From Candidatus Thorarchaeota archaeon (GTDB lineage: Archaea > Asgardarchaeota > Heimdallarchaeia > Hodarchaeales > Hodarchaeaceae), in NCBI GenBank assembly GCA_048882505.1, contig JBHLRO010000012.1, positions 60,001 through 92,000 of the forward strand: a stretch of DNA of 32,000 nt, written 5' to 3'. Both the position numbers and the translations under genes were made by a program. Below are positions 7,669-16,671 of this stretch, one piece after another. The notes beneath the pieces were generated by a model. It was not told the DNA's origin. It searched no databases and saw only the letters and a program-made list of their open reading frames with translations. Positions within the stretch are counted from its first letter, which is position 1. Each line of letters starts with the position of its first letter.

Positions 7669-10587
7669 TCATTGAATCGATCTGTTTAATCTTAACATAA
7701 ATCCAACAAATATAATACTCACTAGGATAAAGAATCCGAACCCCGCGATTCCTATGACCAGGTCCCCAAGAGAATCACCATCGGGTTGAGAAATGTGTGG
7801 AGCAACCACTTCGAAGGATATTGGAGGTTGGAGCGTCCGATTCCCGATTCCAATCATAAGTGAGTAATTGCCAAGAGCCATTTCCATATCGGTATCTATG
7901 TCTATCTTATAAACACCGGATTCTTCATAAACCACAAGATTGCCTAAGGAAGAACTAGATTCTATTAAGCCTACCAAACGTAAGCCACCAAGTAACCGAT
8001 CATTATCTTCCAATAAAACACTGAAGTTAACTGTAGTTTGCTCTCCCTGTTCAATTTGAAAATCGGGAACAGACCACTGTACAGTGAGAGACCCCTTTAG
8101 TTCAAAAACAACTTCGCTGATTGGTAAGAAAGCCTGGTCAGTTATATTTAGTATGAATGGTGTTTCCCACCTGATTTTTAGACTATAGAACCCAAGAGTA
8201 AGATGCGGATCAATTTGATCTAACCATAAGATTTTTTGACCAATAGTGTTGAAATGAAACCTCTGAGTGGGTTCTATTATGGCAGGCGTATTGTTTAGAT
8301 CATCCAAGAAGATACTAATTCTAAGATCTTCAATGGGTATGCCAATCTTTGAAGTAATGTTGCGATTCGGGAAGTCATCTTCCAAATTATCCCTAACGTT
8401 GAGAAATTCTAAGCTAATATTTCCATCTATATAATCCGTTAATACATATTCGGGATTAATCGGCAATATTTCGGCAGTGACATTAACATCAAATTTTACC
8501 AGGGGGAGGGTTACTGAAACATCAACGGTCAAGGCGGTTCCTCCCACTCCACCAGGCCGACTATTGTTTGCGATCAATAAGAATGAAAGTACGCCCGATA
8601 TATTTCCGAAAATCCCACGTTTTGGAACCTGAAAATTCAATCCTAGAGTGGTTTTATTAGCCAAGGGAGATGAGAAGTTTCCGTCTAAAAGAGTCTGAGC
8701 TTCCTCATCATTCGCGATAAAGCCAAAAATTGTCCAGGTTATATTTTCCTCACCTTGGATTGGATTTTGCCATAAGTATTCCGTCTCTAGAGACCCAATT
8801 TTCAGAAAGTCAAGGTCATACCATTCAGACGGAGTAGAATTGGCCTCCAGGAATCCAAGTAAAGTCACATTATCTCCCGGCGAAATTACTGAGACTGATG
8901 TTTCTTGTTCAAAATATTCGGTAAAAACAGAAGCGTTATTGATGGTTTGATTTGTGGACCCACGAAGAAGGAAAGTGTCCTGGATGACGAAATTCATCGC
9001 ATCTTCAACCATAAAAGAGAGATTGATTAATCTAACCGGAGTAATCGGGATGGCTTGGTCATCCTCCTGATGAATCTTGAAAACAAAAATCCAGGACCCG
9101 AAGTAGAGCTGGTGACTCGGAAGTTGAAGGCTTATAGTAGCGTGGCTATCAGCATAACCCGTTTCATCAGGAGTCTCGGCTTTTATGTTAAACTGGCTAG
9201 TTAAATTCTCACGGTAACCCCGATGAAACCAGGTTGAATTAACCTGACCAAGGGTACGTTGTTGAGAAATACTAGTTGCCTGGGCCGGTTTTGTGGCAAA
9301 ATTAACTGCAATATTATCAATACCCCAATATGCAGTAGTAATATTGGTAAGATCACTACCATCTTCAAGGATAAATCGAAAAGTTTTGCCGATTGGTGGA
9401 GCTGAGGTACCCAATTCGACATCATACAAAACAGAATCCCATTCATGAATTCCTGAGGTTAATGTGGTGTTTACCCACTCATTTCCATTACCCACATTAC
9501 CCCAGTACGAAAATATAAGTGATGGTGGCGCTTCTGCCAAGACCACTTCATCTAGTCTCCCAGTATAAAATCCATCAGCTTCTCCACCTGCATCAAAACC
9601 ACTGAAAGATGCACGAAGCTTTGTGGTGTTTTCAGGAGGAGGCCAGCGTAAAATCTTTAGAAACACATATCCCTTATCGTCTACTGGCTGATTTCGGGAG
9701 TCGACGGATTGTGTAGAACCAATCAGGTGACCGGTGGAATTGAACGCTTCAATTTTTAGACCCCAATAGTTGGCATCAGTAGTTCCAGTTGCTTTTGCGG
9801 AAAATGTAATAAGGGTACCAGGATTCCAAGCGGTGATATTTTGATATAGAATATAGTCTCCTGCAGTGGCGTTGATTTTGGCATAACTGCTGCCTTCAGA
9901 AGCATTTTCTGGCTCATTTGGGGTAGAAACATTACCTAGGTCACCCTGCCAGAAATTTAAACCGTCTTCAAATCCAGAATTATTTACGAGATTTGATCCC
10001 TGTGAAAAATAATCAAAGGATATTAGATATCTTGGATTAAAAAACCGGTAAATTGGATTATTGGGATTATAGAAGTAAACCTCATCTTGATCCAGATCCA
10101 CATCAGAGACCTTAGTCAAATTGAGAAATCCACTTGTTTCGTTAATCTCTCCAGTCCAATTGACGCCTATCCAATCCGTTACAGAGTTATTGTCAAATGA
10201 GGGGTCTTTAAAGATATCTTGATAACTACTATTGAAACCAAAGGCAACTTCACCGACGGGCGATTCAAGGTACCATTCCAAAGAGCCATTCATATCGTTC
10301 GTTCGGCTGTCTGCCTCTATTTCAACCCAATCACCAGGGGAGTATGTCTCTTTATCTGTTGTTAAGTTCGTTACTCCATCTGATACCACGATTCCTGTTT
10401 GAAAGGTGCTCTTTGACCCGTCGATGGTATTGAGAGGAAGACCACCTCTCCCGTTGGAAGTCATCAGCCGCGGACTAAAGTGACTGAGCGCATCAGGAAG
10501 AATTAACGAGTAGAGCGGAATTATTAGAGTTGCGAGTATCAGGAGGATGAAAAGTAAGGAGATCGGCTTTCGGAACATTGAACTCAC
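7669..10587 (-). CDS. Large secreted, C-terminally membrane-anchored surface glycoprotein with Ig-like and CBM-like (jelly-roll) domains
   Basis: N-terminal signal/TM (RKPISLLFILLILATLIIPLYSL), TTDKETYSPGDWVEIE Ig-type motif, NLVNNSGFEDG CBM-like start, dozens of N-x-S/T sequons, C-terminal TM LVIGIAGFGFFILVSIIFVGFML. Start at GTG 10587 or ATG 10578. Confidence 0.8.
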   Translation of the reverse strand: MSSMFRKPISLLFILLILATLIIPLYSLILPDALSHFSPRLMTSNGRGGLPLNTIDGSKSTFQTGIVVSDGVTNLTTDKETYSPGDWVEIEADSRTNDMNGSLEWYLESPVGEVAFGFNSSYQDIFKDPSFDNNSVTDWIGVNWTGEINETSGFLNLTKVSDVDLDQDEVYFYNPNNPIYRFFNPRYLISFDYFSQGSNLVNNSGFEDGLNFWQGDLGNVSTPNEPENASEGSSYAKINATAGDYILYQNITAWNPGTLITFSAKATGTTDANYWGLKIEAFNSTGHLIGSTQSVDSRNQPVDDKGYVFLKILRWPPPENTTKLRASFSGFDAGGEADGFYTGRLDEVVLAEAPPSLIFSYWGNVGNGNEWVNTTLTSGIHEWDSVLYDVELGTSAPPIGKTFRFILEDGSDLTNITTAYWGIDNIAVNFATKPAQATSISQQRTLGQVNSTWFHRGYRENLTSQFNIKAETPDETGYADSHATISLQLPSHQLYFGSWIFVFKIHQEDDQAIPITPVRLINLSFMVEDAMNFVIQDTFLLRGSTNQTINNASVFTEYFEQETSVSVISPGDNVTLLGFLEANSTPSEWYDLDFLKIGSLETEYLWQNPIQGEENITWTIFGFIANDEEAQTLLDGNFSSPLANKTTLGLNFQVPKRGIFGNISGVLSFLLIANNSRPGGVGGTALTVDVSVTLPLVKFDVNVTAEILPINPEYVLTDYIDGNISLEFLNVRDNLEDDFPNRNITSKIGIPIEDLRISIFLDDLNNTPAIIEPTQRFHFNTIGQKILWLDQIDPHLTLGFYSLKIRWETPFILNITDQAFLPISEVVFELKGSLTVQWSVPDFQIEQGEQTTVNFSVLLEDNDRLLGGLRLVGLIESSSSLGNLVVYEESGVYKIDIDTDMEMALGNYSLMIGIGNRTLQPPISFEVVAPHISQPDGDSLGDLVIGIAGFGFFILVSIIFVGFMLRLNRSIQ

Positions 10588-10740
10588 GGTAAGGGTATGT
10601 TTTCTCGGTATCTCATTTGGTGTCTTATCTACTCGGTGGTGAAGACGATATTGCTGAAGAAACTCTTAAAAGACGTCGGTCACGATGCTAAGTTTAAAAC
10701 TTTTAAGAACATCCCCACCACTTCCATTTGGAACCTAAAG

Positions 10741-12564
10741 ATGGACCAACAAACTTTGCTGGTTCAAATCAACCAAGCTAAACAAGATCTCTACCAGACC
10801 AAATATGATGATGCAATTAAGGGGTTTGTGAGGGCAATCGAGATTTCTAGACGAATCTCACCCAATTTATCTGGCATTATCGGAATTTGTCAGGCATATT
10901 TGGCTGTAGCTTACGGTAAGATAGGAGAACGCCAGAAAATACTTGAGAATATCACCATGGCTGAAGCGGCTTTCTCGAATCAAACCAAGAATCCGTCCGA
11001 TTACGCTAAGATTATTCGTACTACTGGGAAGGAACTCCAAGATATGAAGTATTTTGACAGTTCTATCATAGCCCTTCGATTAGCTTTAAGACTTGCTCGG
11101 AATTATGAAGGAGAAGGAAAATTAGATTTGGTCTCCATTATATCACGAGATCTTGGATTCTCGTATATGAAAGTGGGAAATCATCTTTCTGCGGCCAAAT
11201 TATTTCGTATCTCAGGAGACCTAGAAGATGATGAATCTTATGCGGTCAGTCTTTACCAAAATGCGGCCTACCTTTATTACCAAGAAAAGAAACGAAATAA
11301 AGCGCTCAATATATTAGAAACGGCTTTTAACAAGGCAGGAATAATAGGGAAACTCGAAATTCAGAAGGAAATTGCTCAATTTCAGTCAAGAATAGCCTAT
11401 GATTTGTTTAAAGAGTCTAAAGAAAGGGAATTACTTGATACATCGCTAGCTTACTGTGAACTATGCCTAGAAAAGCTTGAATTTCTCGGTAATATGGAAT
11501 GGATTGTGAGAATAAGGTACGAACAGGCATTAATATACTCACACTTAGGCCAGCGCCAAAAAACCCTTCAATTATTAACCGAGCTTGCACTGAAACCTCC
11601 TACCGTGGGTACGGAAGAGTATATCATAAAGGCCAATATTTTAATGACCATTTACTCATTGGAGTCCGATAGATACGGAGAAGCGACGTTTTATGTCAGG
11701 CAAGTTTCTGAGTCCCAATTTAAAAAGCTTGAAAAGACCCAGCCTGAATTAACACAAAAAATTAATGCTATTCGTACGTATTTAAAACGACTCGAAAGAA
11801 GGGGACAAATTTCTACTAGAATTAGATCATCTCGAAAAAAGCTGGATCTTCCCTTAGAAGACTTATTGCATGAGCTAGAACCAGTTCCTGAAGATCAACC
11901 TGTTTCTCCTAATCTAGAACTTTTACAGGCCCCTATCCTGGAGGTAACGCCTCCCGTAGCGAGAACTTTGCAAGAGCATCAATCCCCAACAATCGAGACA
12001 TTACAAGAATTATTTAAATCCACGGATGTCTCACGGAAAGCGACAGTTCATCCTGTAACTCCAGTAATTTCTCCCAAAACTCCCCCAATCGAAACACCTG
12101 TTAGTGTTGATCGCACACAACTCTTTAAAGCTCATCAAACTAGAGGAACATCGAAATCTATAAACCAGAACCGATTGGCAGCAGTTACGGACCAAAGAGA
12201 AGAACAATCAATATTAGAGGATTCCTCAACATTAGATAAGGATACAACGAGTAAAATCCTGGATAAACGGATGGAGGTTATTACCAGGCTTCAGCGTGCA
12301 GGATGGTCGATGCGTGTGAACTTTGCTGATAGTTCCAGAAGGACAGCTGAGCCAGATCTGATTGCAGAAAAAGGATTGATCCGAAAAACACGGCGTTTGG
12401 TTTTTTTTGCCGAGGATCCCACAGATGCAGAAATCTGTTCATTCCTCCTCCAATCTAGTCAAGATAGTGGGCAAAAGATAATATTCCTTCTAAGTGGTGA
12501 TCCTTTGGAAGCAAATATATCTCTGGATGTCAAGATTTTCACACAGATTGACCAGTTTTTCTAA
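10741..12564 (+). CDS. TPR/helical-repeat protein with Pro/Thr-rich linker and C-terminal PD-(D/E)xK-like domain
   Basis: Repeated A..Y..A helical-hairpin patterns in the first ~350 aa, a low-complexity P/T/E linker, and a C-terminal LQRAGWSM...EPDLIAEKG. ATG 10741 is preferred because the upstream in-frame part spans the AT-rich divergent promoter region. Confidence 0.72.
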   Translation: MDQQTLLVQINQAKQDLYQTKYDDAIKGFVRAIEISRRISPNLSGIIGICQAYLAVAYGKIGERQKILENITMAEAAFSNQTKNPSDYAKIIRTTGKELQDMKYFDSSIIALRLALRLARNYEGEGKLDLVSIISRDLGFSYMKVGNHLSAAKLFRISGDLEDDESYAVSLYQNAAYLYYQEKKRNKALNILETAFNKAGIIGKLEIQKEIAQFQSRIAYDLFKESKERELLDTSLAYCELCLEKLEFLGNMEWIVRIRYEQALIYSHLGQRQKTLQLLTELALKPPTVGTEEYIIKANILMTIYSLESDRYGEATFYVRQVSESQFKKLEKTQPELTQKINAIRTYLKRLERRGQISTRIRSSRKKLDLPLEDLLHELEPVPEDQPVSPNLELLQAPILEVTPPVARTLQEHQSPTIETLQELFKSTDVSRKATVHPVTPVISPKTPPIETPVSVDRTQLFKAHQTRGTSKSINQNRLAAVTDQREEQSILEDSSTLDKDTTSKILDKRMEVITRLQRAGWSMRVNFADSSRRTAEPDLIAEKGLIRKTRRLVFFAEDPTDAEICSFLLQSSQDSGQKIIFLLSGDPLEANISLDVKIFTQIDQFF

Positions 12565-12643
12565 TTAATCACTTAGGGGTTAAAATTGACTCTGGAGACT
12601 TGCAAAATCTCTCGTCATCTTGGTCGGTACCCTAGGATTATCA

Positions 12644-13297
12644 TTAGCCTTTTTCAATCCGTGAGCTAATGATATGATCCAGCTCGCCTTGAATTTCTTC
12701 AATTGTACCATCGCCAGATATAGGTTCCAAGAGACCTAAATCCCGGTAATATTCAATCAGTGGTTCTGTTTGCCGTTTATATGTTTCTAGTCTCTTTATA
12801 ACGGTCTCCTCCTTATCATCAGTTCGTTGGTATAATTCGCCAGAACAAATGTCACAGATACCTTGAATATTTGGTGGATTAAAGTCAACATGGAAGATGG
12901 CCCCACATTTCTTGCACGTTCGCCGACCCGTGATCCTTCTAACAAGCGTACTTTGATTTAGCTCAATGAGAATGACAAGGGTTACATTCGCGATTTTTTC
13001 AAGATCTTTTGCCTGTTGCAAATTCCGCGGATAGCCATCTAATATGAACCCTGTGTTGCAGTCACGTTTAGAGATCCGAATTTTTAATAGTTTTAGGACC
13101 AGCTGATCAGGTACAAGGTTCCCAGCATCAATATATTCTTGTGCTAGTTGGCCCAATTCACTCCCACTCTTAACAGCTGCTCTGAGAAGGTCTCCTGTAC
13201 TAATCTGGGGCAGGCCAAACTTCTTTGCAATAAATTTTGCTTGGGTTCCTTTTCCTGAACCAGGAGGACCTAGCATGATTAGAATGAATTTATCCAT
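12644..13297 (-). CDS. adk: Adenylate kinase (long, bacterial-type, Zn-lid)
   Basis: GPPGSGKGTQA, ISTGDLLR, FILDGYPRNLQQA, LID with CKKC...CDIC, QRTDDKEETV. Confidence 0.97.
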   Translation of the reverse strand: MDKFILIMLGPPGSGKGTQAKFIAKKFGLPQISTGDLLRAAVKSGSELGQLAQEYIDAGNLVPDQLVLKLLKIRISKRDCNTGFILDGYPRNLQQAKDLEKIANVTLVILIELNQSTLVRRITGRRTCKKCGAIFHVDFNPPNIQGICDICSGELYQRTDDKEETVIKRLETYKRQTEPLIEYYRDLGLLEPISGDGTIEEIQGELDHIISSRIEKG

Positions 13298-13336
13298 GGT
13301 GATATATCAGCCGCCAAGGGTAGGATTCCTGTTATT

Positions 13337-14083
13337 TTAACCCAGTTTTCTTGATTCCATTTTGGCATTGTTCAGCTTGAGGAGAATGTCTCGCGCTTTA
13401 CTGGCATGCTCTTCATTAATAACGAAAGTTACAATAAGCTGATTTAATTGATGTACTGTATGTATTCGATAAAGGGATATCGCTTGATCAGCTAAAAGCG
13501 ATGATACATGGGCAAGTATTCCTGGTATTTTTTCAGCTTCCTGAGGTAGCATTAGGCGGAGGTGACTCAGAGAATCCTGAAGTTTGATCTGTTCAACCCC
13601 AATTAATCCCGTAACATGACTGAGAAAGGATTCTTCTGCCATTTTTTTTGTATAGAGCTCTACGCCATTCCGATTGGGAAATGAAACATTATTAATGGAT
13701 TGGTGGTCCAATTGATCCAAAATGAAACTCAAAGCAGACATGATGTCCGTATCTTTTCGAAAGTTCAGTTTATAATGGATTTGGCCATCTACGACCTCTG
13801 TTGTCCCTTTCCGCAGTATATCATGTACACGTTTTACCCCCAGCAGTTCTTCCTGCCGTTGTCGAAGCTTTTTAAGATATCTTGTTATCGCGACGGCAAT
13901 ATTACCTTTCAGCTTGTCTTGATCTTTATCAAGAAAAAGCCCTCTATCAAGAAGCTGGCTCATTATTCTTTCTGCAATCTCTTTTTGAGCTGTTTTTCGT
14001 TGTTGTAAAGTATGAATCAAAGAGGGGTCTTGATCAAGAATTTCTCGAACGAGTCTTGATACAGGTTTTCCAGTAATCATCAA
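13337..14083 (-). CDS. Archaeal protein with N-terminal helical/HTH-like region and C-terminal ACT domain
   Basis: C-terminal IPGILAHVSSLLADQAISL...VTFVINEEHASKARDIL is ACT-like. Sits 40 bp upstream of adk on the same strand. Confidence 0.65.
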   Translation of the reverse strand: MMITGKPVSRLVREILDQDPSLIHTLQQRKTAQKEIAERIMSQLLDRGLFLDKDQDKLKGNIAVAITRYLKKLRQRQEELLGVKRVHDILRKGTTEVVDGQIHYKLNFRKDTDIMSALSFILDQLDHQSINNVSFPNRNGVELYTKKMAEESFLSHVTGLIGVEQIKLQDSLSHLRLMLPQEAEKIPGILAHVSSLLADQAISLYRIHTVHQLNQLIVTFVINEEHASKARDILLKLNNAKMESRKLG

Positions 14084-14273
14084 TAGCCTTCCAAACTGGA
14101 GATAGCACCAAATAATGTCGCCATTGGTGGAATTTATATAATTTCGTACTTTTCTGTAATCACGGAATAAATTAAAAATAAGTAAATATATGTCGAAATC
14201 AGTACGAATAAACGTTAAACTTCATTTGATAAAAGAAATCCAACAAAGGTTTTTCCTCTTGTCTGGAACTAAA

Positions 14274-15029
14274 ATGGACTTCTCGAACACATTTATACTA
14301 ATCCCCGCATTTAATGAGGAAAAAAATTTGCTTCGAGTTGTCAATCAACTCAAACGAGCTGGTTTCAATGGATCTCACCTGGTTTTAGCAGATGATGGAT
14401 CTAGGGATCAAACTGTTCAGATAGGCAAGGATCTTGGAATTCGAATAATCAGATCGCCCATAAATCAGGGTAAGGGGTATATCTTGTATCATGCGTTCGA
14501 TACGATATTAAACAGGTTCCCCTCCATCAAATGTATCATGACAATTGATGGAGATGGTCAACATGACCACAGAGAAATTCCACAGTTTATGAAAGCCATT
14601 AACAAGGGTGACTCGATTGGTATCGTCATCGGGCGGCGTGACTTCAATATAATGCCACACATAAATAAAATTTCAAATAGATTGACCTCGCTTTGGTGTT
14701 TATATTGGCTACAGTGGGACGTCCCAGATGTACAGTGCGGGTTTCGTGCATACCGGTCTTCCATTTTACGACAGATCTTGAATTACGGAATATCCACCAA
14801 AAAATTTGATTTTGAAACAGAACTGCTTTTTATAACCTGGTTGTTGGGTTTTGATATATCATCAATTCCAATTCGTACGGTTTATATCCAAAATAACAGG
14901 GAGTCATATATAGCTCCGATTACGGATACTCTCAGATGGATCAGATTAGCCTTCCGTTTTGGTTTTAATCCCTTATTCATGAGCAAAATTTGGCAACAAC
15001 GCCTCATTTCAAAAAAAAGGAATAGGTAA
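14274..15029 (+). CDS. GT2 glycosyltransferase, DPM1/polyprenol-phosphate glycosyltransferase-like
   Basis: LIPAFNEE, ADDGSRD, NQGKG, DxD motif IDGDGQH, DVQCGFRAY, FDFETE. Confidence 0.92.
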   Translation: MDFSNTFILIPAFNEEKNLLRVVNQLKRAGFNGSHLVLADDGSRDQTVQIGKDLGIRIIRSPINQGKGYILYHAFDTILNRFPSIKCIMTIDGDGQHDHREIPQFMKAINKGDSIGIVIGRRDFNIMPHINKISNRLTSLWCLYWLQWDVPDVQCGFRAYRSSILRQILNYGISTKKFDFETELLFITWLLGFDISSIPIRTVYIQNNRESYIAPITDTLRWIRLAFRFGFNPLFMSKIWQQRLISKKRNR

Positions 15030-15167
15030 ATATTCCTATTGATTTCGAAAATGAAAAAAATGCTCATTAGAGAAAAAGTGATCTGAAGAGAAACACTCTT
15101 GTAAAAAATTTCAAAGGATGGATAATTGATTCAGGACTCTTATATTGCTGGAAGTGGCGTTGTACTT

Positions 15168-15710
15168 ATGAAGCAGAAGCTTGTGCTCAAATTAGTTCTT
15201 TTAGGAGACCCTGGTGTCGGAAAAACATCGTTGATTTCTCAATTTGTACATGCGAGATTTAGAAATAGCTACCAGCTGACTGTAGGCCTTGATATTTCCT
15301 CCAAGCAGGTAAAACTAGATGATGGTAGGGTTGTAACACTCAGTATCAACGATATCGGCGGTCAGGCTAGGTTTGCCGCTATTCGGCATATGTTCTTCAA
15401 GGGATCTCACCTAGCCATGTTAGTATATGATGTTACTAGGGAAGATACGTTGCAGAACATAATTGAACCCTGGTTTGCCGAATTACAGGAATTCTGCAAT
15501 CAACCTGATGTTTCTAAAGTCCAGACGATTCTTGTGGGAAACAAGGCTGATCTTGAAGACTATAGAATGATCGAAGAAGAAGAGGGAAATGTTGTAGCAA
15601 AGGAAATCAACGCCATTAGTCATATTATCGCTAGTGCTAAGGAAAATCAGAATGTGGACATCGCGTTTAAAACCCTGGCTGAAGCATACTTTAGAGAGAC
15701 AAAAAGGTAG
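15168..15710 (+). CDS. Rab-like small GTPase (Ras superfamily)
   Basis: G1 GDPGVGKTS, G2 YQLTVG, G3 DIGGQARF, FFKGS, LVYDVT, G4 GNKAD, G5 SAKE. Confidence 0.95.
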   Translation: MKQKLVLKLVLLGDPGVGKTSLISQFVHARFRNSYQLTVGLDISSKQVKLDDGRVVTLSINDIGGQARFAAIRHMFFKGSHLAMLVYDVTREDTLQNIIEPWFAELQEFCNQPDVSKVQTILVGNKADLEDYRMIEEEEGNVVAKEINAISHIIASAKENQNVDIAFKTLAEAYFRETKR

Positions 15711-15764
15711 CAAAACCATCGTGCTTCGTTTCTCTATTATAATTTATGACAAGGAGTGATTAGT

Positions 15765-16646
15765 GTGGATACTCACGCGGATTATTCTTTTTTGGAGTAT
15801 TTTCCCACGCAGCTATTTTCTGCACTAATGGATGAATGGACAGCCCATGACATAGAAATTGATTTCGCGCCAAATGGTTTATTGTCCCCAGATAACCGCG
15901 AAGCGACCGTAAAACTTGCTCAAAGTGTCTCCTCAAACCGTTTTAAAGAATTACGGAAGCTTTCGAGATTTCTCGATTTTTCAGATATATGGTGGATGGT
16001 ATATCACATTCCGAGAACGAGGCAGGTTTCCAATCTCTTAGAACTCGACACATCAAATCTTGATGTTACCAAATATTCTCCCAAGAACGGCCCCAAGATA
16101 AATGGGAAAATTATTGTACAGGAATTATCAGAGCATGCTGTATTCGTGGCATTAGAGTTTCAATCTCGATCAAAATTTCTACGTCGGGCATTCAGACATC
16201 TATATCTCCCCTTTGCCAAAATAATACTCGTGGAACCGCAGGATCAAGCGATTGAGGTCTTAAAGAATGAGTTCCTCCCGTTTATAACTCAGGAACCAAA
16301 CCAGCTTACCCCTAAAAGAGCAAATGCTAGATTTATCAAAAATTTGACCAAAATGCACAAAGATGACGGTATTCCTCTCGTATTAACCCATCTCAAGATC
16401 AAAATCACGCTTGAAACCAGCGGTATTGAAGGATTAAGCGAGATAATAATCCAGGGCTCCGATGTAATTAGGGGAGCAGAAACATTGGAACAACGACATG
16501 AGATTTCGTTGAAATTCATGAATTCGGGTCCGTGGGTAGGAGTCGGAACTGAGGACTTTATTATCGAAGTCGGAAAAGGAGTCAAGATACAACGTCTGGA
16601 AAAATCATCTTTGAGAAGCTTGTCTGCAGTCCTTTCCGATATCTGA
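15765..16646 (+). CDS. Hypothetical protein; candidate CENP-N/Chl4-like (see findings)
   Basis: Solid ORF of about 293 aa. SD-like GGAGTGA at 15753-15759 favours GTG 15765 (GTG 15756 is the alternative). The CDS is secure; the family call is tentative. Confidence 0.6.
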   Translation: MDTHADYSFLEYFPTQLFSALMDEWTAHDIEIDFAPNGLLSPDNREATVKLAQSVSSNRFKELRKLSRFLDFSDIWWMVYHIPRTRQVSNLLELDTSNLDVTKYSPKNGPKINGKIIVQELSEHAVFVALEFQSRSKFLRRAFRHLYLPFAKIILVEPQDQAIEVLKNEFLPFITQEPNQLTPKRANARFIKNLTKMHKDDGIPLVLTHLKIKITLETSGIEGLSEIIIQGSDVIRGAETLEQRHEISLKFMNSGPWVGVGTEDFIIEVGKGVKIQRLEKSSLRSLSAVLSDI

Positions 16647-16671
16647 GCTCGATCACTGGAACCAGAAAAAT

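Noticed and set aside
12644-13297. Bacterial-type Zn-lid adenylate kinase as evidence of recent HGT
   Set aside because: This adk type is widespread in several archaeal lineages, so it is not unusual on its own.
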